A DNA stretch of 64,000 nt from Pseudoduganella sp. Its GTDB lineage: Bacteria > Pseudomonadota > Gammaproteobacteria > Burkholderiales > Burkholderiaceae_D. Positions within the stretch are counted from its first letter, which is position 1, and each line of letters begins with the position of its first letter. The notes under the pieces were generated by a model, which saw only the letters and a program-made list of their open reading frames with translations, made no database searches and was not told where the DNA came from. The stretch spans positions 6,336-70,335 of the forward strand of contig DASWTB010000230.1 of the NCBI GenBank assembly GCA_036402315.1, in the 5' to 3' direction. The position numbers were made by a program, and so were the translations under genes. Positions 1-9,845 of the stretch are shown here, in pieces.

Positions 1-3000
1 CGGATGCGGCGATGCTGCCGCCGGCGCGGTTGGTCAGGTCGGATGCGGCCAGTGCCAGGTCGCCATTGCCTGCGATCAGGCCGGCGTTGTCCAGCGCCGT
101 ATCGACGTTGACGATAGTGGTGCTGGTGCCGACGTTGACGATCCGGCCGGTGCCGTTTGCCAGCGAGCCGGCGTGCAGGTCGAGCGTGGCGCTCGGGGCC
201 AGTGCCTCGACTACGCCACCGTTGTTGCTCATTGAGCCTTTGGCGTCGATATCCAGCGACGCGGCAGATTGCACTGTACCTTGCGTGTTATCGAGTTTGC
301 CGGCGCTGTCGATCGTTGCAATTGCGTCGGACATGATCACGCCGCTGCGGTTGCTGATCGAGGCGGCGTCGATGGTCATTGCCGCGCCGGAGCCTTTGGC
401 GGTGGCAAGTTGGCCGCCGTCGTTGTTAAAGTCTCCTGCATGCAGGGTCAACTCGCCTTGGGACACGATCACCTTGCTGTTGCTGACCGTGGAGCCATTG
501 GCGTTGACTTGCAGCGTTCCGCCGCTATTGATGGTGCCCGCGTTGGCGAGCGAACCGGTCACGGTGGCGATCATGCCTTGAGCGGATGCGATGGTGCCGT
601 TGGACTTGTTCTCCAACGCGGCGGCGGAGATGTCCAGCGCACCGTTGCCCACGATCGTTCCATTGGTGGTGATGCTGCGTGCCGCTTCAACCTTGGTCAC
701 GCCGGTGCCGACGTTGACGATACGGCCGGTTTCGTTGGCAAGGTCGCCTGCTTCCAGGTGCAGGGTGCTGGTGGCGGAAATTGCCTCGATATTGCCGCCG
801 TCGTTCTTTACGGTGCCGCCGGATTGCAGGTCCAGCCCCGTGCGCGCCTGAAGCAGGCCGTTGCGGTTGTCGACGTCGCCGGTAATGTGCAGGTCCGCTT
901 TATTGTCGGACATGACGGTGCCGCCCTGGTTGCTGGCACTTTGGGCGTTGAGCAGCACGCTGGCGTTGGATGCCTGGGCCGTGGCGAGCTTGCCGCCATC
1001 GTTGTTGATGCTTGCGGCGGTCAGGCCGATGTCGCCTGCGGCGACCATGGTGCCGCTATTGCGCAGTGCCAGGCCAGCCTGGTTGGCCTGCAGGGTGCCG
1101 GCGCTGCTGATGGTACCAGCGTTATCCAGCGCGGTACGCACCGCGAGCGACAGGTCGCCGCTGGTACTGACAGTGCCTTGCGACTGGCTGCGCAGGCTGT
1201 CGGCGGACAAGTCCAGATTGCCATTGCCGGCGATCTGGCCGCTGTTTTCGATATGGCCAGCCGCGGCCAAGCTGGTATTGCCGGTGCCGACGTTGACGAT
1301 GCGGCCGGTCGTGTTGTCGATCGATGCGGCGTTCAGCTGCAAGGTGCTGTCTGCACCGCCTGCCTGAAGCAGGCCGCTGGTATTGGCGATCGCGCCAGCC
1401 GCCTCCAGCTGCAGCTTGTGCGCGGCCTGGACTTCACCGCTGCTGTTGTCGATATCGCCAGCAGCACTGATCGCCACATCGGCGCCAGAACTCACGATAC
1501 CGCTGCGGTTATCCAGCTTGCCGACGCTGGCGGAAATGCCGGAACCGCTGGCGGTAATGATTTTGCCGTCGCGGTTATCGATCTCGCTCACGTTCAGGGT
1601 TGCGGCACCCTTTGAGGTGATGGAGCCGCTGTTGCGCAACGAGGCGCCCTGCTGGTCGAAATTCAGCTTGCCCTGGGTGCTGATCTGGCCTGCAAGGTTA
1701 TTCAGTTCCGAACGCACTTTCAAGTCCAGGTCGGAAATGCTGGTGACGATGCCGCTGCCGCCGTTGCTCAGGCTATCCGCGCTGACGGTGAGGCCGCCAT
1801 TGCTGCCGATCAGGCCATTGTTCACGATATAGCGGTTGAACGTGAGCGAAGATTGGGCGGCTCCTGCCGATACGATGCTGCCTGCCCTGTTGGTCAGGTT
1901 GTCGCCGGCCAGCGCCAGTTCATCGCGGCTTTCAATACGGCCGCTGTCGTTGTTGATGCCAGCGCCGGAGCGCAGGTCGAGCGCTCCGCCGGTGCCGAGG
2001 TAGCCGCCGGCATTGCTGGTATCGCCGGCGATGTGTGCAGTTGCGCTGCCGTCGGCGCGGATCGTACCGGTGTCGTTTTTCAGCGAGCCGGAGGTGATGT
2101 CGATGCGGCTGGTGCTGCCTTCGGCCGTGGCAATCGTGCCATCGCGGTTGTCGATCGAGCCGTTCTCGATCTTCAGCGGGCCTTTGGACAGGATTTCGCC
2201 GGAGTTCACCAAAGTGGACTGGGCTTGCGACATGGTGAAACTGCCACCGTTGCCGATGCTGCCCTCGTTTTTCAGTAGGGAGCTGACGTTCATGGTGACG
2301 TCGCCGGTGGCCGTCATGCGGCCTGGCTGCGTGTTGGTCAGCGTAGTGGCGTCGATTGCCATGGCGCCGTTGCCGCCGATGTTGCCGCTATTGCCGATGG
2401 TTGCGGCCTTCAATGCGAGTGAGCCATTGCCGGCGTTGACGATGCGGCCGGTGCTGTTGTCGATTGTGGCAGCTTGCAATGCAAGGCTGCTTTGGCTGCC
2501 GAGCGTTTCGATGGAACCTTCCTGGTTCCGCAACGTGCCGCTGGCTTGCAGGTTCAGGCCTTTATTGGCCTGGACCACGCCAGTGGTGTTATCGACGTCG
2601 CCGGCGACTTGCAGGGTTGCCTGGCCGCCGGTGGTGAGCTGGCCGTGCTGGTTGCTTAACGCATCGGCCTTCAGCGACAGGTCGCCGGCAGCGGCGATGG
2701 CGCCGGAGGTATTAGCCAGCGTACCGGTTTCCAGTTGTGCGCTGCCGCCGATGCGCCAGTCGCCTTGTTCGGTCGAGGTGGCGCCACTGTTCAGGGCAAG
2801 GTTGCCGCCGACGTTCAATTTGCTGCCGGTGCCGGAGATTTCGCCGGCACGCAGGGTCAGGTTTCCAGCGGTTTCCAGCTTGCCGTTGGCTTGCTGGAGC
2901 TTGCCGCCCACTGCGATGGTTGCATCGCTGGCGCCCAGGTGAAGCAAGGTGCCGCTGTCGTTGTTCAGGTAACGGGCAACGTCGATGGAGAGTTTGTTCG

Positions 3001-4780
3001 CTTGCAGCAAGCCAGCGCTGTTGTCAAATTCGCCAAGCGTGGCGTTGACGGTGCCGCCGGCCAGCAGGCGACCGGATTGGTTGCTCAGGTTCGAGAGCTG
3101 CAGGGTTGCGTCCTGCAGCACGCCGATCTGGCCCTGGCTGTTATCCAGGACGCCGCCGTTCACTTTCAGCATGCGCAGGTTGACCTGGCCGCGCTGGTTG
3201 GACAGTGCGGTGGTATCCAGATTGATGCCGCCGGTGGCAGTGACCAGTCCGTGCTGGTTATCCATGGTGGCGAATTTGAGTTCGCCGGCTGGCAGCTCCG
3301 GAACTGGGGTGCCGCCAGTGCTGCCGGAGCCTGTCGTGCCACCCGTGCCTGCGTCGGCGCCGCCGCTGGAAGCGCCATCACCCGACCCGGTGCCGGTGCT
3401 GCCGCCGGTACCGGTGCCGCCACCGTCTGCAACGCTGGCTGCTGCCTGCCCTAACACGCCATCCGAGTTCTTTGCGCTGCCAACATTCACGTTCAGCGCA
3501 GAAGAGCCGCCCTGCACAATCTTGCCGTCCGCATTCAGCAAAGCACCGCTTGTGCTGCTCATCTCAACGCGGCGCGCCTCAATGCTGCCGCCACGGTTGT
3601 CGACATCGCCGGTCACCGCTGCGATCAATTGTCCGCCAGCGTTGATACTGCCGCCATTGGTTACGGAAGCCGACTTGAGCGCAAGGTCTTCCCCTGCCTG
3701 CATCTTGCCGCGATTCTCGACCGCATCGCGCACCGTAAGCTGCATGCCCTTCGACGCTGCCAGCGTACCGGTATTCTCGAGGCGTCCATCGGAGGTGACG
3801 ACCAGTTGCCCCGCCGCAGCCCCGATCTCGCCGGCATTGCGCACGCCAACGCCAGCCTCGGTGCCAACCAGGAAAATCTGGTTGGCATACATGCCGCCCA
3901 GGCGGGAAGCGTCAATCGCGAACTGCGGCGCTGCATCCGTTGGCTGGCCAACTTCGGTCACTGTTGGCGACTCAGCCTCCGCAACCTTGTTCACGCCCGT
4001 CACCACGTTCAGGCGCTGCGCCCACACGGCGGCATTCAGCACCAGCGAACGGCTGATCAAAGCCGTGTAGTCGGTCTTGCTTGCATCCAGGCCGGCGCCG
4101 TCGATCACGATCTGGCCGCGCTGCACGTCATAGCCCGCCAGCCGGCCATCCGTCATGAACGGCGAGCCGGTGGTCAGCGTCGCGCGGCTCACGTTGATAA
4201 AGCCGCCGCCGTCCACCGAAATGCCGGACGGGTTGGCGATCACCACTTCCGCCTTCTGTCCCGCCACTTCGATATAGCCGCGCAGCGCGCTGGGGTTATT
4301 CGAGTTGACCTCATTCAGGATCACGCGCGCGGCGCCTGCTTTCAGCCATGGGTTGGCCTCGACCCAGCCGCCCAGCTCGGTCTGTACGTTGACGCGCGAG
4401 TTGTTCAGGATCGCGCCGCCCTTGGCGACGTCGAACTGCGTATAGACGTTGCGCGACACGCCGGCGGCACTTGGCTCCCGTACGTTCACCTGCGGCACGC
4501 CATTGGCCGCCTTCAGCACAATTGCCTGGTTCTGGCTTGGCGCCTTCGGGTCGGCGATGATCTGCGCCTGTACATGGCTGGCCCAGAGGAAGCCGCCAAA
4601 GGCAGCCCCGAAGAGCAGGGTCAGACGGCGCAGCACAGGATGTCCCATCGCGGCTGGCGTCGAACTATCGAGCGCGCCAGTCTGGCCGGCGCCCTTGGAA
4701 CAGCTGCGGGCGTCCTCGCCTACAGCCATCAGCATGCCACGTGCTTTGTTGAAAACGATACGGTAGCGAAGTTTATTCAT
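1..4780 (-). CDS. TpsA filamentous haemagglutinin / CdiA-like exoprotein, 5' part (continues beyond position 1)
   Basis: Not in the ORF track (no stop reached). Manual translation from ATG 4780: MNKLRYRIVFNKARGMLMAVGE (extended signal peptide), TPS domain motifs NPWL, VILNEV, AEVVIANPSGISVDGGGFIN, LGGMYANQIFLVGTEAGVGVRNAG, then LDN/GG-rich beta-helical repeats; directly downstream of tpsB. Confidence 0.93.
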   Translation of the reverse strand, partial: MNKLRYRIVFNKARGMLMAVGEDARSCSKGAGQTGALDSSTPAAMGHPVLRRLTLLFGAAFGGFLWASHVQAQIIADPKAPSQNQAIVLKAANGVPQVNVREPSAAGVSRNVYTQFDVAKGGAILNNSRVNVQTELGGWVEANPWLKAGAARVILNEVNSNNPSALRGYIEVAGQKAEVVIANPSGISVDGGGFINVSRATLTTGSPFMTDGRLAGYDVQRGQIVIDGAGLDASKTDYTALISRSLVLNAAVWAQRLNVVTGVNKVAEAESPTVTEVGQPTDAAPQFAIDASRLGGMYANQIFLVGTEAGVGVRNAGEIGAAAGQLVVTSDGRLENTGTLAASKGMQLTVRDAVENRGKMQAGEDLALKSASVTNGGSINAGGQLIAAVTGDVDNRGGSIEARRVEMSSTSGALLNADGKIVQGGSSALNVNVGSAKNSDGVLGQAAASVADGGGTGTGGSTGTGSGDGASSGGADAGTGGTTGSGSTGGTPVPELPAGELKFATMDNQHGLVTATGGINLDTTALSNQRGQVNLRMLKVNGGVLDNSQGQIGVLQDATLQLSNLSNQSGRLLAGGTVNATLGEFDNSAGLLQANKLSIDVARYLNNDSGTLLHLGASDATIAVGGKLQQANGKLETAGNLTLRAGEISGTGSKLNVGGNLALNSGATSTEQGDWRIGGSAQLETGTLANTSGAIAAAGDLSLKADALSNQHGQLTTGGQATLQVAGDVDNTTGVVQANKGLNLQASGTLRNQEGSIETLGSQSSLALQAATIDNSTGRIVNAGNGSLALKAATIGNSGNIGGNGAMAIDATTLTNTQPGRMTATGDVTMNVSSLLKNEGSIGNGGSFTMSQAQSTLVNSGEILSKGPLKIENGSIDNRDGTIATAEGSTSRIDITSGSLKNDTGTIRADGSATAHIAGDTSNAGGYLGTGGALDLRSGAGINNDSGRIESRDELALAGDNLTNRAGSIVSAGAAQSSLTFNRYIVNNGLIGSNGGLTVSADSLSNGGSGIVTSISDLDLKVRSELNNLAGQISTQGKLNFDQQGASLRNSGSITSKGAATLNVSEIDNRDGKIITASGSGISASVGKLDNRSGIVSSGADVAISAAGDIDNSSGEVQAAHKLQLEAAGAIANTSGLLQAGGADSTLQLNAASIDNTTGRIVNVGTGNTSLAAAGHIENSGQIAGNGNLDLSADSLRSQSQGTVSTSGDLSLAVRTALDNAGTISSAGTLQANQAGLALRNSGTMVAAGDIGLTAASINNDGGKLATAQASNASVLLNAQSASNQGGTVMSDNKADLHITGDVDNRNGLLQARTGLDLQSGGTVKNDGGNIEAISATSTLHLEAGDLANETGRIVNVGTGVTKVEAARSITTNGTIVGNGALDISAAALENKSNGTIASAQGMIATVTGSLANAGTINSGGTLQVNANGSTVSNSKVIVSQGELTLHAGDFNNDGGQLATAKGSGAAMTIDAASISNRSGVIMSDAIATIDSAGKLDNTQGTVQSAASLDIDAKGSMSNNGGVVEALAPSATLDLHAGSLANGTGRIVNVGTSTTIVNVDTALDNAGLIAGNGDLALAASDLTNRAGGSIAAS

Positions 4781-4785
4781 GATGC

Positions 4786-6459
4786 TCAGAATTCGACATT
4801 CAGGTTGAAGCCAGTGGCAACGCTGGCGGTGCGGAAGGCGTCGGGTTTGCTCACCGGTTTGCCCGCGAAGAAATCGGCGCTCAGGCCGCCGAACTGGCCG
4901 CGCCAGCCAAGGGCAGCGCCCGTCAGGTGGGTGCCGCGCAGCAGCGCCGCGGAGGGGCCGTAGACGGCACCGTGGTCCAGTGCGAAGTAAAGCTGGTGCC
5001 TGCTTTCGGGGATGGTCCAGCTCAAGTCATTGCGCAGCAGCCAGCCGCGTTCCGCCGACAGGCTGGCTTCGCCGTCGAAACCACGCACGGTGTAACGGCC
5101 GCCGATGGAGAAGCGGTCCTGCGGTATCAGTTTGGTGCGGTTCCACTGGCGGCGCCAGGCGGCCTGGTACGACAGGGATTTGGTCAACGGCCAGTTCAGC
5201 GTGACGTCGGCATTGAAGATGCGCGGGCGGGCGGTGCCTTCATCGAAGGCTTCCTCTTGCGCCGGTAGGCTGCCGTAGGAGCTGGTACCCAGCTTCCACG
5301 TCAGGTTGCTGTCCAGGGTGGCGGGGCCGATAAATTCCTTGTGTGCGATGCCGGCCACGAAACCGGCCATGCGGCGGCGCTGGACTTCCACTTCCATGTC
5401 GTCGATGTAGTTGCGGCTGCCGCGCTGGTAGGTGCGCAGCGACAGGGTGGTTTTGCGCACGGCATCGCGGTACACCAGGCGTGAAGCCTTCAACTCCGCG
5501 GTGTTGCTGGTGCCGCGGTAGATGTAGTCGTGGAAGGCGCCTGCAACGGTCTGGCGGTAGCGGTAATCGTTCAGTTGCAGCGAGAACAGCCAGTACTCGA
5601 ATGGCACCGAGTAATGCAGGGCATAGCCGCTGGTGCCGTACTTGCCTTCAGGGCTGTCACCCGGCACGTTGCGGTTGAGGGTAAGGTAAAACAGGTCCTG
5701 CAGGCCAAAGAGATTGTCGACTGAGAGCGTAAGGCCGCCCTGGTAGGTGCCCGTCGAACGGCTGCCGCTGTCGTCCACCGATGCACTGAAGCGATAGGCC
5801 CGGCCGCCCTTCCATTTCACCTGCAGGTCGCTTTCACCGGGCTGCTGGCCAGGCACGATCTCGAAATCGGCTTGCGCGCCAGGGACGCGCTTAAGGTTCT
5901 CCAACCCTTGCTCGATGTCGCGCAGGTTCAGCAGCTCGCCCGCTTGCAGCGGCAACGCGTTGTCGAATGCCGGCTGTTGTTCCGGATAACGCAGTGCGCG
6001 AATGCGGCCTGGCACGAGCTTCAGGTGCAACTCCCCGCCCAGCAGGTCCTGCGGGGCCGCGAGCACGCGCGCGGTGACATAGCCTTGCGCCACCAGCGCG
6101 TTCTGGACTTCGCCCACCAGGACATTGATGCCTGCACTGCCAAGGCAGCGGCCCAGCGCACCGTCGGCGGCTTTCAGCGCCCATTGGAACTGGCCGGCCA
6201 GTTCGCCTTCCAGGAACACACGGCGAATCGGGAAGCAAGGAGACTCATTCTCGGGCCAGATTGCCTGCGCGGGCTTGACCTCACGCTGCAGCCGCACGTC
6301 CGGCTTGGCTTCGTCCTGGCGCGCACGTTCGCGTTCACGCTGTTCCTGGCGCTGCAGTTCCTGGTTCGCCAATGCAGGATCCACCTGCGCAAACGCAGGC
6401 AAAGCTGCGCCAAGGCCAAGCGCAAGCTGCGCGGCCAGTCCTAATCTTCTGCACAACAT
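4786..6459 (-). CDS. TpsB outer-membrane transporter (ShlB/FhaC/CdiB family)
   Basis: Signal peptide, POTRA features (CFPI, GYVTARV, LNLRDIEQGLENL), FSIGGRYTVRGF loop motif, C-terminal Phe. Confidence 0.95.
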   Translation of the reverse strand: MLCRRLGLAAQLALGLGAALPAFAQVDPALANQELQRQEQRERERARQDEAKPDVRLQREVKPAQAIWPENESPCFPIRRVFLEGELAGQFQWALKAADGALGRCLGSAGINVLVGEVQNALVAQGYVTARVLAAPQDLLGGELHLKLVPGRIRALRYPEQQPAFDNALPLQAGELLNLRDIEQGLENLKRVPGAQADFEIVPGQQPGESDLQVKWKGGRAYRFSASVDDSGSRSTGTYQGGLTLSVDNLFGLQDLFYLTLNRNVPGDSPEGKYGTSGYALHYSVPFEYWLFSLQLNDYRYRQTVAGAFHDYIYRGTSNTAELKASRLVYRDAVRKTTLSLRTYQRGSRNYIDDMEVEVQRRRMAGFVAGIAHKEFIGPATLDSNLTWKLGTSSYGSLPAQEEAFDEGTARPRIFNADVTLNWPLTKSLSYQAAWRRQWNRTKLIPQDRFSIGGRYTVRGFDGEASLSAERGWLLRNDLSWTIPESRHQLYFALDHGAVYGPSAALLRGTHLTGAALGWRGQFGGLSADFFAGKPVSKPDAFRTASVATGFNLNVEF

Positions 6460-6653
6460 CTATTTCTCTTGGGGAATTTTTTTGCAGCCGAGAGTATAGC
6501 CGCGGAATCATCATTCCGAGATGTTTTGCTTATATATATTTATTATTTGATGAAGGTTTTATCGCAATCTGATGGGGTCTCGTGACAATTGGAGAGAATT
6601 AATCCAGTTAAAATCTCTCCGGGAACCTCAAGATAATCACACCCCCATGAAAA

Positions 6654-9600
6654 TCAACGACTTGTAGTTATTCTGTAGAGCATCGCCACTAATGAAGCTC
6701 GCCTCACGGCAAACGTCCTGCGGCCACAGGCCATGCGATACAGCAGGGGTAACAGCAGCAACGTCAGGGCAGTAGATGACAGCACGCCCCCAATCACCAC
6801 TGTCGCCAGCGGCCGCTGGACTTCTGCACCGGTACCGGTGGCAATTGCCATCGGCACGAAGCCGAGCGACGCCACCAGGGCCGTCATCAGCACTGGCCGC
6901 AGGCGCACCAGCGCGCCATTGCGTACCGCATCCTCCAGCGGCTGCCCCTGCTCACGCAGGCTGCGGATGAAGGAAATCATCACCAGTCCGTTCAGCACCG
7001 CCACTCCGGACAAGGCGATAAAGCCGACGGCGGCCGATATCGACATCGGAATCCCGCGCATCCAGAGCGCGAAGATGCCGCCGGTCAGTGCGAACGGGAT
7101 GCCGGTGAACACCAGCGCCCCATCGCGGGCGTTGTTAAACATCAGGAACAGCAGCGCGAATACCAGTGCGAGCGATGCCGGTACGACCACCTTCAGGCGT
7201 TGCGCGGCATTCTGCAGGTTCTCGAATTGGCCGCCCCAGGCCAGCCAGTAACCTGCCGGCAGCTTCACGCCCTTCAGGATGGCCTGCTGCGCCTCTTCGA
7301 CGAAGGAACCGATATCGCGGTCCTGCATATTCACCGTGACCACTACGCGCCGTTTGCCTTGTTCGCGGCTTAGCTGGTTCGGGCCGGGCGCCGTGTCGAA
7401 GGTGGCGATTTCAGCCAGCGTGACATAGGCTGGCCGCGCACCCTCCTTCTTCGGCAATGGCACCGGCAGGCGCTTGAGAAGCTCAATGTCCGAACGCAGC
7501 GCTTCAGGCAGGCGCACCACGATGTCGAAGCGGCGGTCACCCTCGAACATAGCGCCCGCTTCGCGGCCGGCAGTGGCAGTGGCGATCAATTCTTGCACTT
7601 CGGCGATGTTCAGCCCAAGGCGCGCGGCCCGCTCGCGGTCGACCTGGACCTGCAGCATTGGCAGGCCGCTGGTCTGCTCGACCTTGACGCCGGATGCGCC
7701 GGGAATCTTGCTGAGGATTGCACCGATCTCGTTGGCTTTTGCATTCAGCACATCAAGGTCGTCGCCGAACACTTTCACCGCAACGTCGCTGCGCACGCCG
7801 GAAATCAGCTCGTTCACGCGCAACTGGATCGGCTGGCTGAACTCGTAGCTATTGCCCGGTAATTGCTCCAGCGTGGCGCGGATGGCGGCCAGCAGTTCCT
7901 CGCGGCTGCGCTTTGGCTTCGGCCAGTCCTTCTCCGGCTTGAGCATGATGTAGCCGTCCGAGATGCTTGGCGGCATAGGATCCGATGCAATCTCCGCCGT
8001 GCCGGTGCGTGCGAAGACGTTGGCGATCTCCGGGAATTTCGCCACCAGCGTCTTCTCGATCTGCTGCTGCATTTGCACCGATTGCCCCAGCCCGGTGCCG
8101 GGAATGCGCACGGTCAGCACAGCGAAGTCACCTTCGTTCAGGTTGGGCACGAACTCGGTGCCCAGGCGCGTTGCCAGCAGCACGGACAGGGCGAGCACCA
8201 GCCCGGCGGCGGTAAATACCACCGGGCGGTTGGCCATCGCGTAGTCCAGCAGTTCGCCATAGCCCCGCCTGGCCGCCTGCATCAGGCGCCCCTCCTCCTC
8301 GCGCACCGGCTGGTTCATGAACAGGGCCACGGCGGCCGGCACGAAGGTGATCGACAGCAGCATCGCGCCCAGCAAGGCAGTCACCACGGTAAACGCCATC
8401 GGGTGGAACATCTTGCCTTCGATCCCCGACAGCACGAAGATCGGCAGGTAGACGATCATGATGATCAGCTGCCCGAACAGCAGCGGCCTGCGCGCCTCGT
8501 GGGCGGCGGCGAAGACTTCCGTAAACCGCTCCTCGCGCGTCAGCGTCCGCCCGGCATGCTGCTGCGCGTGCGCCAGGCGCCGCACGCAGTTCTCCACGAT
8601 CACCACCGCGCCATCGACGATGATGCCGAAGTCGAGCGCGCCCAGGCTAAGCAGGTTGGCGCTGACATTGTTGGCCACCATGCCGCTGAAGGTGAACAGC
8701 ATCGATAGCGGGATCACCATGGCGGTAATAAGGGCGGCGCGCAGGTTGCCGAGGAAGAGGAACAGCACCGCGATCACCAGCACCGCGCCTTCCAGCAGGT
8801 TGCGCTTGACGGTGTCGATAGCCTTTTCCACCAGCACGGTGCGGTTGTACACCGGCGTGGCCGACACGCCTGCCGGCAGGCTGCGGTTGATCTCGACCAT
8901 CTTCCTGTCGACTGCCAGCGCGACGGCGCGGCTGTTCTCGCCGATCAGCATGAACACGGTGCCCAGTACTACTTCGCGGCCGTTGCGGGTGGCGGCGCCG
9001 GTACGCAGTTCCGCACCAACGCCCACCGTTGCAACGTCGGCGATGCGCACGGCCACGCCGTCGATGGTGGAAACCACGATGTTGCCGATGTCCGCCACGG
9101 ACTTGAGCTGGCCGGGCGCGCGCAGCAGGTACTGTTCCCCCTCCTTCTCGATGTAGCCGGCGCCAACGTTGCCGTTATTGCGCTCCAGCGCCGCCACGAT
9201 GTCCGACAGGTTAAGGCCGTATGACGCCAGCTTTGCCGGTGTCGGCGCGACCAGGTACTCCTTGTCGTAGCCGCCAATCGAGTTGATCTCCGTGACGCCG
9301 GCCACATTGCGCAGTTGCGGCTTGATGATCCAGTCCTGGATTTCGCGCAGGTCGGTTGGCGTGTATGGCGTGCCGTCCGGCTTGCGCGCATCCGGCGATG
9401 CATCCACCGTCCACAGGTAGATTTCCGAAAGACCGGTGGCGATGGGGCTCATGGTCGGCGTCAGCCCAGCGGGAAGCTGGGCGCGCGCATCCTGGATGCG
9501 CTGGCTGATCAACTGGCGGGCAAAATGGATGTCCGTGCCATCCCTGAACGCCACCGTGATCTGCGACAGGCCATAGCGCGACAAGGACCTGGTCTGCTCC

Positions 9601-9836
9601 AGACGCGGCAAGCCCGCCATCAGCGATTCGATCGGGAAGGTGATGCGCTGCTCCACTTCCAGCGGCGAATAGCCGGCGGCAGCGGTGTTGATCTGCACCT
9701 GGACGTTGGTGATGTCGGGCACGGCGTCGATCGGCAGCTTCTTGTAGTTGACCGCGCCCAGCACGGCCATGGCCAGTACGGCAAACATGACCAGCCAGCG
9801 ATGGCCGATGCAACCCTGGATAATTCTGCTTAACAT
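6654..9836 (-). CDS. czcA: Heavy-metal efflux RND permease, CzcA family
   Basis: 1060 aa; LPIDAVPDITNVQVQINT, GALDFGIIVDGAVVIVEN, RLRPVLMTALVASLGFVPMA, GAEVQRPLATVVIGG. Confidence 0.95.
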   Translation of the reverse strand: MLSRIIQGCIGHRWLVMFAVLAMAVLGAVNYKKLPIDAVPDITNVQVQINTAAAGYSPLEVEQRITFPIESLMAGLPRLEQTRSLSRYGLSQITVAFRDGTDIHFARQLISQRIQDARAQLPAGLTPTMSPIATGLSEIYLWTVDASPDARKPDGTPYTPTDLREIQDWIIKPQLRNVAGVTEINSIGGYDKEYLVAPTPAKLASYGLNLSDIVAALERNNGNVGAGYIEKEGEQYLLRAPGQLKSVADIGNIVVSTIDGVAVRIADVATVGVGAELRTGAATRNGREVVLGTVFMLIGENSRAVALAVDRKMVEINRSLPAGVSATPVYNRTVLVEKAIDTVKRNLLEGAVLVIAVLFLFLGNLRAALITAMVIPLSMLFTFSGMVANNVSANLLSLGALDFGIIVDGAVVIVENCVRRLAHAQQHAGRTLTREERFTEVFAAAHEARRPLLFGQLIIMIVYLPIFVLSGIEGKMFHPMAFTVVTALLGAMLLSITFVPAAVALFMNQPVREEEGRLMQAARRGYGELLDYAMANRPVVFTAAGLVLALSVLLATRLGTEFVPNLNEGDFAVLTVRIPGTGLGQSVQMQQQIEKTLVAKFPEIANVFARTGTAEIASDPMPPSISDGYIMLKPEKDWPKPKRSREELLAAIRATLEQLPGNSYEFSQPIQLRVNELISGVRSDVAVKVFGDDLDVLNAKANEIGAILSKIPGASGVKVEQTSGLPMLQVQVDRERAARLGLNIAEVQELIATATAGREAGAMFEGDRRFDIVVRLPEALRSDIELLKRLPVPLPKKEGARPAYVTLAEIATFDTAPGPNQLSREQGKRRVVVTVNMQDRDIGSFVEEAQQAILKGVKLPAGYWLAWGGQFENLQNAAQRLKVVVPASLALVFALLFLMFNNARDGALVFTGIPFALTGGIFALWMRGIPMSISAAVGFIALSGVAVLNGLVMISFIRSLREQGQPLEDAVRNGALVRLRPVLMTALVASLGFVPMAIATGTGAEVQRPLATVVIGGVLSSTALTLLLLPLLYRMACGRRTFAVRRASLVAMLYRITTSR

Positions 9837-9845
9837 GGCTGCTCC

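Noticed and set aside
12-4963. Many long plus-strand ORFs over the first 5 kb
   Set aside because: Antisense shadows of the minus-strand tpsA; no recognisable motifs
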